A stretch of DNA of 64,000 bases from the human T2T-CHM13v2.0 reference genome, Homo sapiens, in NCBI RefSeq assembly GCF_009914755.1, contig NC_060940.1; one strand, written 5' to 3'. Made by a program: the position numbers and the translations under genes. The notes under the pieces were generated by a model. The model saw nothing but the letters and a program-made list of their open reading frames with translations, did no database searches and had not been told where the DNA came from. Below, one piece after another: positions 23,381-36,767 of this stretch (the stretch's first letter is position 1; each line of letters starts with the position of its first letter).

Positions 23381-25589
23381 TATATATCTCCCCTTATTTT
23401 TATAAAAGAAAAGAAAAAGAAGAAACCTAAAGAGGGCCAAACCTGCCCAAGATTGCCCACCTGGTATGGAAGAGCTTGGTTGTGTTAGAAGTGACTTACT
23501 ACTACTTTCTGTTTATTCATACGATTATTTTTGCTCTCAGCATTAATTTCTCTAGGCAAAACATCCTCACAAACTTATGGTTATATTTAAGGTTCTACTT
23601 CCTGACCGCCATTCTGATCTAAACAACCACTAACTTCCATATTCTTTACATTTAGGGTAAAACAAGGTTGTCAAAAGACGCTCAGCCCCCTAATACATGG
23701 GTCATATATGTAGTACCATTTTCTAATATAACTTTATATTATGGTCCAAAAATACTCTGGTTCCACTCTAGTTTTTGTCATTAGTGTATTATCTACAGAG
23801 AATAAATAAATTTACCTTTGTTTTCTCATTTGTAAAATGAAGACATAGGATGAGACTAGCCCCACATTGCCTCTCATTTAAAAAAATAAGAAAAACTATG
23901 ATTTTATTGTTTATTTTATTTTGAAAATAAACTCTCTGTAATTATTGCAATGCATGACACGTTCATTTTCTTCTTCTTCATTCATTGCAAAATAAGAATG
24001 ACTGGATATTATAAAAACTGAAGAGCATTCTGTGAAAGCAACTCAAAGTATTTAAATTCTTGCAATCTATAAAAAGTATCTTATCTCCTTATTGCAGTAT
24101 GCCAAAGGACTTTCATTTTAAAATCCAACTCTAGTCTGACACCTTCATTAACCATGCAGATGTGTTGTTTGATGTGTTATTCCTTCCTAAAAATCCCGGT
24201 ATCCAATCACGCAGGAAAGAAAGATTGAGAGTGAGACCAAAAAAAATGAGTTTTATTAATGATTACTGCTGGTTTGTATACATATCTCAGTTCATATCCT
24301 GAAGAATTCTTTTTCACTCCATCCATTTTTATTACAGTCTTGTATTGTGTTACCACCTCATTATCTGTCTGAAAGACTGATTCAAAGTGAGGTTTAACAT
24401 GCTGAGCACTTGGACAGCAAAGAGCAAGATTTCTTCTTTTTTCTAGCAGGAAATTCCTGGGAGGTCTCTGGCCACTTTCTTTTTATCACTGACAAGTTGG
24501 TTTTGATATTTGAGAATGTAGAGATCAATACCAACTTAGCTGTCAAAATGACTTGATAGAAGAAACACTCTAATATTGTGCCAGGAATAATACCTCATAT
24601 CTTCAAGACCCATGAAATAAACTTTTTGACAATTTTAAAGTGCCCCCATGGGGAGATCCCTTGGTATAACCTCAAGGTATTTAAAGAAAGCATTTTTATC
24701 TGGTTCTAGAACAGATGCACTAAAAGCCCTAAAACCCGATCTAGATATTATTGAGGTAGTATTAGGAATCCATGAGATGCTTCCAGTATTTTAAATTGCC
24801 TATAGAAAAAAAAATGATATCTTATGGGCAAACAGGCTGCCCATGGCAAATAAAATTACTCATCCCTTTACTATTGGAAATTTTTAACAAATCATTTTCA
24901 TTGCACTTATTCTCACTCAGGTCAGAAACTATGATTGGAAGATAAATTCTAGTAATAAAAAAAGGGGAAATGAATTAAATATCATTTAACAGACTTAGTT
25001 TAAAAGTCAGTCCTCAGTACTCTGTGTCTTTATTGCAGTGGTGGTTACAAATGTCTAGGAATTTGTCAACATAACAACCTGTACACCAAAAAGAGTATAT
25101 TTTAATCATACATAGATATAAAAATATATGTTAAGTGAATAATTGCAAAACAAAGTAAGGGTGATACAGGGAAGCTTTGGTGTTGGGATATGATCCTGAG
25201 AATTTACTTTCATAGATGGAGGACAAAGTGCTTTCTTCCAAGGCAACAAGGTAGGAGGAGAGAGCATTTTGGTTGGGACTCAGAGAGTCAAAGGTCTTGA
25301 TGGAGAGAAGTACACAGGTATGTTGTGGTCACACTGTCAACAAGATACCTTTGCCCACCATCAGCCCTTGGGGAACCAAGGTAGATCAAATCAGGAGCCA
25401 GGAAGCAGAGCTGGACACCTGAAGTGTCAACAGTTGATTCTCTAAGCAAAGAGATAGGGTAAAGTTGGCACAAGACAACAGGGACATCAAAAAGGGGCAT
25501 GGTCAGGTGGAAGCGGAAGACCTCAGACGCAGAGCCTAGACCTAAACCCACAATCAAAAGATATCAGGGAAGACTTTGCTTTATTCTAT

Positions 25590-25678
25590 TTGTTTTTACC
25601 TTTTATTGTTGTTATTTTAAGTTCCGGGGTACATGTGTACAATGTGCAGCTTTGTTACATAAGTAAACGTGTGCCGTG
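25590..25678 (-). mobile_element. Short L1PA 3' terminus
   Basis: ttttaagttccggggtacatgtgtacaatgtgcagctttgttacataagtaaacgtgtgccgtg is the antisense L1PA 3' end. Confidence 0.85.
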
Positions 25679-26782
25679 TCCTCAAATTAAGGAGTTCTAT
25701 CTCCCAGCTTTGCACTAATGGCAGTGTGAGTTTGCTTGTTCTCTCTTGACTTCAGTTTTTTTCATTCATTACACAAATAGGAAGACTGGGGTGGATCATT
25801 ATCCTGGTCTTTTCTCATTGAGGACATTATGTAAACTCAAAGAACAAGTCTGAATCTCCCTTTTATAAGCATTGTCTCATGTATACGTTATGCCTAAGCA
25901 TTGCTAAAATACGCATATAAAAGTCTTTGTGATTGAAAAAAAGTATCTCCTCACTTGGTTTGCAGTCTTCAGACTGCTTTAATTTCTCTCTATGAAGCAA
26001 ACAGAGACGTAAAGAGCCAGGCAGGTTTAACATAGGTCCAGTTGTGATTAGTTTTTGCCCTCCCCTCCATGCCATTTTACTTAATTTTGGAAGTGTCAGG
26101 TAAGGTGTATGGACTCAAAAGGGCTTTAAACAGGTCCAACCAGGCTTTGGTAATGCAGTTGTTAGAATTAGGCACTGGTGTGGTCAGCTGCACAAACAGA
26201 GTTATATGAAAACCAAGTAACTGGGAAGGAACAAGCCAGTTGGTTAAGTGGCTATTTCTGCTGCCCTCTGCCCCAAAGGCCTTCATATCAGCTATTTCAT
26301 TCAATCCTATCAGATGCTTTTTGGGGTAGGTAGTGTCAGTGCTATTGTGCAAACTAAGAACTGGGGGCTCAGAGTCTTGAAGTTACTGCTTCAAAATCTA
26401 TGTCCAGGGAGAGTGGTGCTGCCTCAGAACACAAAGATGAGAATGTAGGGCTCTCCCAGGAAAGCCCATGGACAAGAAATGAGGCTGAATGATTTGAAAC
26501 AAAGGTCACAATAGCATCCCATGTTCCCAAAAATCACTGAGGGAGCTTGCAAAATATGAAGATTCCAAGGCCCCCATAAGATATTTTGGGGCAATAAGAA
26601 TGTAATGAGGTCCAGGGTTGTACATTACCTTGTTGCAAGATGTACTATTTGGGATGAGGATGAAGAATCCATTTAGCCAGGTCACAGGTAATAATTGTGT
26701 CTCACCGAAGAAAGTGATAAGCTAGTCATTCAGAGTCACAGGGAATGAAAACAGACAAAACTTGGAATAAAATGTCTTCACA

Positions 26783-27655
26783 ATTATACACCTATTAGAA
26801 TGGCTAAAATAGAAAACGCTGACAACATCAAATGGTGAAGGAATGTGGAGCAAAAGAAACTCTCTTTCACTGCCATTGGGAATGCAAAATATTACATCTA
26901 CTTTGAAAGATAGTATAACAGTTTTTTTACAAAAGTAAACATACATTTACCATGTAATCAAGCAGTCATGTTTCTAGGTATTTACCCAAATGAGTTGCAA
27001 GCTAATAGCCATGCAAAAACCTGTGTAAAAATTTGTATAGTAGCTTTATTTCCAATTGTCAAAATAAAAAAGTAACCAAGATGTCCTACAGTAAGTGAAC
27101 AAACTGTAGTATAGCCATAAAATGGAATATCACTCAATGATAATAAAAAATGAGCTATCAAGCTACCAAAAGACTTGGAGAAATATTAAATACTATTACT
27201 AACTAAAATCAATCTGAAAAGGCTACATGCTGTATAATTTCAACTACATGACATTTGAGAAAAGGCAGAACTTCGGAGACAGTAATAAGATCAGTGCCAG
27301 GGCCTTGGGGGTGGAGGAAGGAGGTATGAACAGGTGGAACACAGAGGATTTTTAGGGCAGTGAAATCTATGATACCATGGTGGTAGATACACATCATCCT
27401 GTATTTGTCAAAACCCATTGAATATACAACAAAAAGAGTGAACCCCAATGTAAACTACAGATTTAGTTAATAATATTATACAATAATATCGACTCAGCAA
27501 TTGTAACCAATGCACTACGTCATGCAAGATGTTAATAATAGGGGAAACTGTTGGGGATGGAAGGGACTGAGATGGCATATGGGAATTGTCTGTACTTTCC
27601 ACTTAATTTTTCTGTAACCCTACTATTGCTCTAAAAAATTAAAGTCTATACATTA
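26783..27655 (+). mobile_element. L1MC-like 3' fragment
   Basis: cacctattagaatggctaaaat…gagctatcaagct…ggaacacagaggatttttagggcagtgaaa…ctctaaaaaattaaagtctat. Confidence 0.88.
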
Positions 27656-27674
27656 GTAAAAATAAACATGAATT

Positions 27675-27979
27675 GGCTTGGCACAGTGGCTCATGCCTGT
27701 AATCCCAGCACTTTGGGAGGCCGAGGAGGGTGGATCACCTGAGGTTGGGAGTTTGAGACCAGCCTGACCAGCATGGAAAAACCCCATCTCTACTAAAAAT
27801 ACAAAATTAGCCGTGCGTGGGGGCACATGCCCGTAATCCCAGCTACTCAGAAGGCTGAGGCAGGAGAATTGCTTGAACCCAGGAGGTGGAGGTTGCGGTA
27901 AGCCAAGATTGTGCCATTGCACTCCAACCTGGGCAACAAGAGCAAAACTCTGTCTCAAAAATAATAATAATAATAATAA
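27675..27979 (+). mobile_element. AluSp-like with (AAT)n tail
   Basis: Diagnostics gaggttgggag, cctgacca, ggttgcggt, gggcaacaagagcaaaactc. Confidence 0.96.
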
Positions 27980-28199
27980 CTAAGATTTTTTTATGAAGTC
28001 TCAGGCTTCCTTATAGCATTATCTTAGGCAAAGCCACCCTTCTCATGAAGAGATCCATCCCATGACTGCTGCTGGATTGTGTTGGAGTAGAAGAATGTCT
28101 CGAAAGATCTCAAATTGTCAGAGGTCTGAATTGCTTAACACAGTTATGCAAAAATCCCCATGAGTATGGTGACCTCACCAAGGACACTGAGCTTTCTCA

Positions 28200-28787
28200 T
28201 TGGTAAGTGGACGTCTGATAAATGTCTCTCTCCAGTGTCCTCCCTCATGCCATGGAATTCCAATAGATCTGTCTGTCATAGAGCCTTTGGCAGCAAAGAA
28301 AGGCCATTGACCCAGGCCTGGTCAATCATGTCACTTCATTCCTTCCTTCTGTATGCAACAGAATTGATCTAGGGGCAGACATTGACCCAAGCAAGGCCAA
28401 TCATAGCTCTTCTATAAGATTTAATACAGAAAGCTGAGAGAAGTGGGAGACAGGGAGAAAAAGGGGAGCAGGAATGAGGGAGAGGAGAAGAAGAGGGAGT
28501 TCTCTTCCTGAGATTAAAAAGCTGCAAGAATATTGAAAGCAAGGAGCTACCAACTCCATTTATATTTTTTTTCTACTCATACAGGCATTCTGAATAAACA
28601 AAGCTAATAAAAGAGGCAAAGGATGGAGGGGAATAAGAAAGGAAGAAGAGAGGTGTTGGGAACAAAAAAGAAATAAAATGGTTTTATCACACTGAATTTT
28701 AAAAATCACGTTAGCCCATAGAGCTCATTTTTGTCTGTTACTGTCTAGATGTGGGTTTCTGTCATCTGCAGTAATTCTAGCAATATA
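28200..28787 (+). mobile_element. MLT1 (old MaLR) solo LTR
   Basis: tgacccaggcctggtcaatca…tgacccaagcaaggccaatca…gggtttctgtcatctgca. Confidence 0.7.
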
Positions 28788-29396
28788 GTGGGTGGTACAT
28801 ATTCCCTGGGTGCATCATTACCCAAACTCTTCCCATGTCTGAGATATCTGCATGGACTGGTGTCTAATTTCATTCCAGCATTCTGCACTCAGAACAGTCA
28901 CCAACTTCTGTTTCCAGCAAAGTGGAGGAAACCTGCTGAGAAGACAGGTTCAGGAGAAATTTTCAAATTTACAGGTTGAACAAACAAAAGAATGCTGTTA
29001 CTGCATCAGAAGCAAATCACAGGGATGCTCAGAAAGTCAAAATAGAGAATTCAAATAAAACAATGTAATGAAATTATAGCCTGGCTTAGAAAAGAAGTTA
29101 GCCTAGCATTTGGCTGCATATTTTTAAAGGGGCTTTCAAGGGACAGATGTCACTAAATAAAGGGTAATGAGGTAAAGAAGATGCATGGAAGGCAAGCAAA
29201 ACTAACACAGATCGAAGGCCTGACACTGTTTCCTTTCAAATATACTTTTAAGTTTTATTTTTAAGTTGCTCTGTTTATGGATGTTTTAATCCCTATTTTA
29301 CATGTGATGGACTGGAGGCTGTGAAAATTTAAATAGCTTCCCTGGCCAATAAGAGTTTCCATCAATAAGATTTGATCTTATTTGTCTGAATTATAG

Positions 29397-29706
<310 letters not shown>

Positions 29707-29874
29707 TGCATTCTATACTGTAAAACTGTGGGGTAGTAGGAGATAGTGGGCATCCATTTTCTCTATTAATGGCCTCAATCTCATGAGGTAGACAGAAAGT
29801 TCCTGGATATCTTATGTCTTGAACTGTTCCTACCCTTTCTCTCAGTTTGCATCTTCTTTTATAGCCCTGCCTGC

Positions 29875-30160
29875 AATCAGTAAACATTTCTAAAGATGTT
29901 TCCTATGTGTTCAATGTGAGGACACACAAGAAGAAGATACTGAGTGGTCCTCCCTTGAGAAAGGTACAGTGCATTGGAGAAGATGTGGTAAGCAAACAAT
30001 TGCAGTACAAAATGGCATTTGAAAAAATGGAAGTACATTCAAAGAGCTAGGAAACACAGAGGTAAAAATGACATGCTCTTCCCAGGAATTTGGGATAAAA
30101 CTTCACAAAACAAATTATAGTTGAGATGGCATGTGAAGGGTTTTGACAGATAGAAAAAAG
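29875..30160 (-). mobile_element. L2 3' end
   Basis: atcagtaaacatttctaaagatgtttcctatgtg…gagctaggaaacacagagg is antisense L2 tail. Confidence 0.65.
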
Positions 30161-30193
30161 AAAACCTTTTATGAATTTATAGTGTTAAAAGAA

Positions 30194-30270
30194 TTTCTTT
30201 TCTTTCTTTTTTCTTTCTTTCTTTCTTTCTCTTTCTTTCTTTCCTTCCTTTTCTTTTTTTCTTTTTTTGT
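30194..30270. repeat. (CTTT)n simple repeat
   Basis: Pyrimidine tract. Confidence 0.9.
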
Positions 30271-30279
30271 TAACCTCTC

Positions 30280-30740
30280 TGTGATGTGAAACTATTGTTT
30301 TGTTTGTCCAATATAATGACTGTCTGTTTCTCTCTCTTCTATTTTAATATTAAAATATCTTTAGAAAACCACCCCTCTTCTCTCATTCCATAAATTGTAT
30401 TTGTGTTTGACCCCAGCCTAGTAAATCAGAGTAGGACATTGATTCATTTAGGGATTTATACATGCCCAAGTTTGACCAACTAAGAATCACACCTATCATT
30501 TTTGTATTCATTATTTGTCAGACAGTGAGGACTTTCTCAGGGCTTGCTATCTAGGAGGATATAAGTTTGTAAGGCCCATTGTTCCAATGTGCCAATATAC
30601 AGGGAGGGTTCACCTAAGAATGAAGTCAATCAGAGAAAACACAAAAGAAAGTTTTGATGACTTTTTAAATATCTGAATCTATCTGTACCAGTAATACATC
30701 TATATTCCATAGGTAAACTCACAAATAAAATTCTAACTTG
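30280..30740 (+). mobile_element. MLT1-like LTR, degraded
   Basis: aaaaccacccctcttc…catgcccaagtttgaccaa…taagaatgaagtcaatcagagaaa…aataaaattc. Confidence 0.5.
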
Positions 30741-30811
30741 ATAGATATGCCTCACTAATATGGTAAGTGCTACTTAAGTAACTTATTTGCATTTTATCTG
30801 GGACCTTCTAG

Positions 30812-31094
30812 AGAGACAGGTTCTCACTCTGTCACCCAGGCTGTAGTGCAGTGGTGCAAGCATGGTTCACTGTAACCTCCAACTCCCAGATTCAAGCAAT
30901 CCTCCCACTTCAGCCTCCTTAGTAATTGGGACTACAGGCATGCACCACCATGCCCAGATAATTTTTGCATTTTTTGTAGAGAGAGGGTCTCGCCGTGTTT
31001 CCCGTGCTGGTCTCAAACTCCTGTGCTTAAGCAATCCGCCCATCTTAGCCTCACAAAATGCTGGGATTACAGGTGTGTGCCACTGAATCTGGCC
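30812..31094 (-). mobile_element. AluJ (Jb-like) with no visible poly-A tail
   Basis: Antisense Alu with J diagnostics; starts directly at gagacagg with no T-tract. Confidence 0.93.
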
Positions 31095-31532
31095 TAGAGG
31101 TACTTCTTATGCATTTTAATGGTAAGATTCTTCAAAAGATAGTAGACATTCAAAAAGTATTGGTTGATCAAATCATCAACCATTTACTGTGGGCCTACTC
31201 TGTATGAAATACCCTTAGCCAGAAGCTATAGATAAATAATAGTGAACGCTTCAAGAGGCTCACAATCCAGGGCTGGAGACACACGTAAAGCAATCACTTG
31301 TAAGACCACGTAATAAGATAATGCAAAGTGCAGTCATGGTAAAAAGGAAAGAAAAATCATCTTTCTAGATAAGGAGAAAGAAAGATTCCTGGAGGAGAAC
31401 ACATCTCTGCAATAGAAGATGAAACAAGAAGTCAACCAGGTAGGCAAACAGGGTTAATATTTTCCAGAGACAGGATCACCATGTTCTTCAGCCAAGAGAC
31501 TTAGAAAAAAAAAAAAAAGAAAAAGAAAAAAA

Positions 31533-31839
31533 GGCCCGGCTCTGTGACTTATGCCTGTAATCCCAGCATTTTGGGAGGCTGAGGCGGGCAGATCACTTGA
31601 CAAGGTCAGGAGTTCGAGACCAGCCTGGCCAACATGGTGAAACCCCATCTCTACTAAAAAAATGTAAAAATTAGCCAAGCATGGTAATGCATACCTGTAA
31701 TCCCAGCTACTCAGGAGGTTGAGGCTGGAGAATCACTTTAACCCGGGAGGCGGAGGTTGCAGTGAGCCAAGATCATGTCACTGCATTGCAGCCTGAGTGA
31801 CAGAGTGAGATTCTGTCTCAAGAAAAAAAAAAAAAAAAA
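31533..31839 (+). mobile_element. AluS (Sz/Sx-like)
   Basis: Full Alu with poly-A tail, inserted in an A-rich tract. Confidence 0.96.
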
Positions 31840-31865
31840 GAGCAAGTTTTTCTGTGCTAGAATAG

Positions 31866-32229
<364 letters not shown>

Positions 32230-32859
32230 CTCAGTGATAGATAAATGTTTATGCTGTGCCGATCAATTTAACTCTGAGAAAAATAGGAAACCAAAAAAAG
32301 TTTTTCAAACAAGAACTGAAGTTCTCAGATTTGAATTTGGAAGAGGCATTTGACAGTAAGTAGAGAGGCTTGACAGTGACTGGAGCATAAATAGACTAGA
32401 CATAGGATATAAACACGAATGTTACTATAACAGACCAAGAGAGAGATGACAAGACAGACATAGGGCACTTGTAATTAGGATGAGAAGAAGAAGGAGAAAG
32501 AGGCAAGGGAAGGAAGGAGGAGGTGAGAGAGATGACAGAAGGCTACGTGAAAATAGGGGAAGAAATAATTTTACTCTTTAATTCTCTCCACAAATGCAGC
32601 TCAACTTGCCAGAGTCAGGTGGCTCTGGGGGAACTTGAACTAGGTGCACCCAAGTGGCAGACATTTTGGTGTAGGGTTTCAGTGGCAGGCATTGTTTTTG
32701 AAGTACCTCATGGGAAGAATCACCTAAATCTTGGGGATGCCTTATCCACTTTAAAAGCAAGTCTTTCCTGAAAGTACTGACCAGCGATAGTTTTTAAGCT
32801 GAAATAACATACCCATAATCCATTTATGAGTTCAGACTCCACTGAGGTTTTCAAAAGGC

Positions 32860-33050
32860 TATTATCATTATCTTCACTCAACATGCATTTGTTATGGGCA
32901 AAAGGCTGGGCCAGACTGCCCTTCTAAGCACTTTGCAGGCATTAACCTCGTACAGTTCTCACAATAGCCTATGAGACGGCAGTATAACAGTATACATTTA
33001 TCTCCATTTTATGAATGAGAAAATTCTGGCTTAGGAGAAGTTCACGTTCA
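32860..33050 (-). mobile_element. MIR
   Basis: ttctaagcactttgcaggcattaacctc…tctccattttatgaatgagaaaattctggcttag. Confidence 0.75.
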
Positions 33051-34009
33051 GGTAGGTTTTTTGTTTGTTAGTTTTCATGTACTAAATTCACCTTGTATAG
33101 ACACATTAGTAATTTTGAAGAAAAAAAGGTGCTGAATATGTTTCCACTTCTTTATAGAATATTTGGAACCAGATTATAAGGATTAAATAATATTCAGTCA
33201 AATTGATGGATCATCACTTATTTTGGGGGCATTTAAGTCACTTCCACATTTTTTCTGGTATTGTAAACTATGCTATTATAAATACCCTTATTATAAAAGG
33301 GTGGATATCTGGTTATCCCCTGCAATGAATTCCTAGATATAGATATAGTACTATGAACATGTCTTAGTCATAACACCTTTTTCCAAATTTTGAGAAAAGT
33401 TCCTAAAAACAATGCGGCAACTCAGTGATATTGTGGACAATCATAATTTTAAAACAAGGTTTGGAGGAAAAGTTACTTGCTTAATGAAGAAAGAGCTGGT
33501 AATGCAGTCAGTTACATTTCATACTGATTCAATTGGCCTTTTCTCCTCCTCATCACCAAATCATAATGCTTCCTTAGAAGAGTGAATCCTATTTCAATAA
33601 ACAGAATTGTCCAGGTCTATAAATCAATGAGAGCTAAACTCTATTTTTTCTTAAATTATGAACCCCTATTTATTTTAAATTATTTTGTGCATTAATACAT
33701 CTTTAGGTAAGGTAAATCATTTTTAGCAAGAAAATCATACAGCAATGGAAACATTCGCAAAATCTTTTCTCCATAGCATGTTTCTTTCAAAAAGAAGTTA
33801 TTTTTATTTCTTCATGAATTAATAACTATATACTTAGGATAAGGTTTATTATGGATGTAGGAAATGAAAATATGTCTTTAAAGTGGCTTTCTTCCATTAT
33901 CATCTCAAGTTTTTTTTATAGTTAATTGGCATTTTTTTCTTCATTGCCAGGATTTTCAGTTTATTCTATAATTATTTGTTCTCAATTCACCTTAAATTCT
34001 TTTAATAAG

Positions 34010-34259
34010 CTTTTTATTTTTGAAATAATTTTAAGTTTATGAAAAAGTTTAAAAGATAGCGTAGACTGTTCCTGTATAGCCATCACCCAGTTCCCATTAA
34101 TGTTAAATACTTATGTAACCATTTGTTGAAACTATGAAATTAACATCCATGCAATACTACTCACTAAACTATAAATTTTATTTGGATTTCACTAGTTTTT
34201 CCACCAATGCCCTTTTTCTGTTCCGGAATCCAATTCAGAGTACTACATTGCAATTAGTC
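34010..34259 (-). mobile_element. L1MB-like 3' terminus
   Basis: tttatttttgaaataattttaagtttatgaaaaagtt…tttttctgttccggaatccaattcagagtactacattgca. Confidence 0.8.
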
Positions 34260-36199
34260 CATTTTGGAGTTTATCTAATTCATTATAATTCAGCCTAGGT
34301 GGTTGTTACGTTAACTTGAATTGTGGCTGATGAAGGCTCATACTCAGAAAGAGCAGTTTCTTTTCTTGTCTACGGCTCCATTTTGCATGTCTTATTAGTA
34401 TTACTTTCGATCCATATTCTCTTTCCATGTATTTATAAAATTCACTTCTTTTTAAATTAGTTAATTTAATCAAACTCACATTATATAATCCATAAATTCA
34501 CTTAACTGAGCAGCTCTAAACATCAGGACTTCACAGCAAAAGCAGTAGAATGATTGTTAAACTAGTGAGCTAGGGAACTTTCGCCTTTTTCGAGGATGCA
34601 TCAAAGATTGTTCAAGATCTGCAACTCACTTAAACATGGATAGACTAATGGTGCCAGTTTCAATTAATGACTAAACATCAGAAAAAAAACATATTTTTGG
34701 ATAAATGGATGTAAATTCCATGTATATCCATGAATATAAATATAGGTTCCAGCATGTCCAGCCCATATCCCCGTAGATTTGCTTGTGTACCCACTGGAAG
34801 GAGCTTGACCCGCTAGAAGACTTCCCTATTCCTGCAAGGCTTTCATGATGTTGGAGGGAAGTAGTAGTGCACACTGGGGCTGGACTGTTGTGCTCTCACC
34901 CCATAGCTTTTCTTTCTAGTCCTCATCACTCAGGAATGTATCCTTATTAAACCAGGCTCAGAAGCTCAATGTGTCTACTCTGAGTCACTGAAAATGCTCC
35001 TGAAATATGACATCTTCAGTGTTAGGGAGAGCAGGACTCTGTTGTTTGGGATTTAAACTTTCAGCAGGATCACAGAGCGTCTGTTATTTCAAGTTGGACT
35101 TGATTATTTTTTTTTAAACTGCCAGACTTTCAGACCATACAATACCAGCTTTCTTCAAATGTAACTCTTCCATTCCTTTTATGGTGAAGTTTAATACTGT
35201 GAACATATGGAGGGTCTGAACGTCTGCCAAATGTTTTAAAAGACAAGGTTATAAATACCCCAGCAGCGAGCTTTGTTCCTTAATGTATGGCTCTGTTACT
35301 CTGAGTCAACGTGGAAGATAAATCAGAACATAGAGCTGGCTTGGGCATTAACTTGATATTTCTGGCAAGAATTCATATAGTATCTCATTTCAGAGAGCAA
35401 AAGAGAAGTGGTTGTCTGAGGTAACATTAAGACAGTAAAAAAAATTAGCTTTTATAAAAAGCAAAAAGCAGAATTATAGCTTAACTAAAACATCTTAAAT
35501 CCAAATACTCAGTCCAATTTTCTTACCATCAAATTTAAGCTTAAAGAGTCATAATCATGTCTGTGGGGTTGGTGATTACAATCTCTGGTCCCTGTACTCT
35601 AGATTTGGAATAGATACCTCTCAATTTCCTTGGTAGTACATTTCTCTGTCCCACCCCAGCTTGGTTTTTCTCTATTTCCCAGTACCCTATTCTCAAATGT
35701 TCCTCCACCCAAAACTGGGCTTGTCCCTGTTTGACTCAGTTCAGGGCCCACTTCTATCATCTCTCTGACTCTGCTGTTTCTCTGTAAATAGGAATTTGCT
35801 GAACTGCCCTCCACTCCCCAGCTTTTGACACAGCTGGTCCCATTTGTCACTGGGCTGACAGCTGAAAGGAACCCTTTCCATTTCTGCAACACAAGATGCA
35901 CCATGCCTAACACTACTTTGAAAGGCGGCCTCTTGGGTGCATAAATTGCAGCATGGTATAAGAAAAGCCCTTTGCATGAACTTTCCAGGTCACTCGGATA
36001 ATGTTCAATAATTCATGTCTTTCTCATAGTAAGTGCACTTAGTATCCCAAATGGTTTAATGTAGCTTCCAAAGAGTCCAGGAACTGCCTGGACTTAGCTC
36101 ATTTTTGTAGCAGGATATGATTAAGGACAGAGAGATAAAAGAGGAATCAAGAGAACTTCACTAAGACTATTTTTTCCATTTCCTGAATGAGAATATTTT

Positions 36200-36352
36200 T
36201 TGTTTTTAGTAATCCATGTAAGCTTCAGCTTCTCTATATCTAAAATGGGAATACTAACAAATCTGACTTGCTTAGAATATTGATATGGGGCCCAAATGAT
36301 ATTAATGTAATGCGTAAGAAAGCATGCAAGACCCTGAAAAATGCCCTTACTA
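36200..36352 (+). mobile_element. MIR
   Basis: agcttcagcttctctatatctaaaatgggaatactaa core. Confidence 0.65.
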
Positions 36353-36354
36353 TT

Positions 36355-36767
36355 TGTATTAATGAGCTGGGTTTTGCTGGCAGAACAAAAACCCTCCGAT
36401 CTCAATGGTTTGCAACCAGAATATTGTCTCTCATTCATGCTACACGTTGTGGTTGCATGCCACTCTGCACCAAATGTCTTCTTCTTCATTCCAGAGTCAA
36501 GGCTAACCCTCTACCTGGGATATTATTACCTGATAGTAGAGAGAAAAAGCAATAGTAGAACCTCATGATGGTTCTTGAACCTTCTGCCCAAATGTGGTGC
36601 ATGTCACTTCTGCTTAGATTTAATAGCCAAAACAATTCATGTTACCAAACCTGACCTCAATTAAAAGTGTACACCCAACAGGACGGAGCCCTATGGAAGA
36701 GCCCTATGGAGAGGGACTAGTAGAGAGGACCAGTGAATATCTTCAGCAAGTAATGCAAACATAAATC
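36355..36767 (-). mobile_element. MLT1 (MLT1J-like) solo LTR
   Basis: tgtattaatgagc…atctcaatggtttgcaac…atgtcacttctgcttagatttaatagccaaaaca. Confidence 0.75.
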
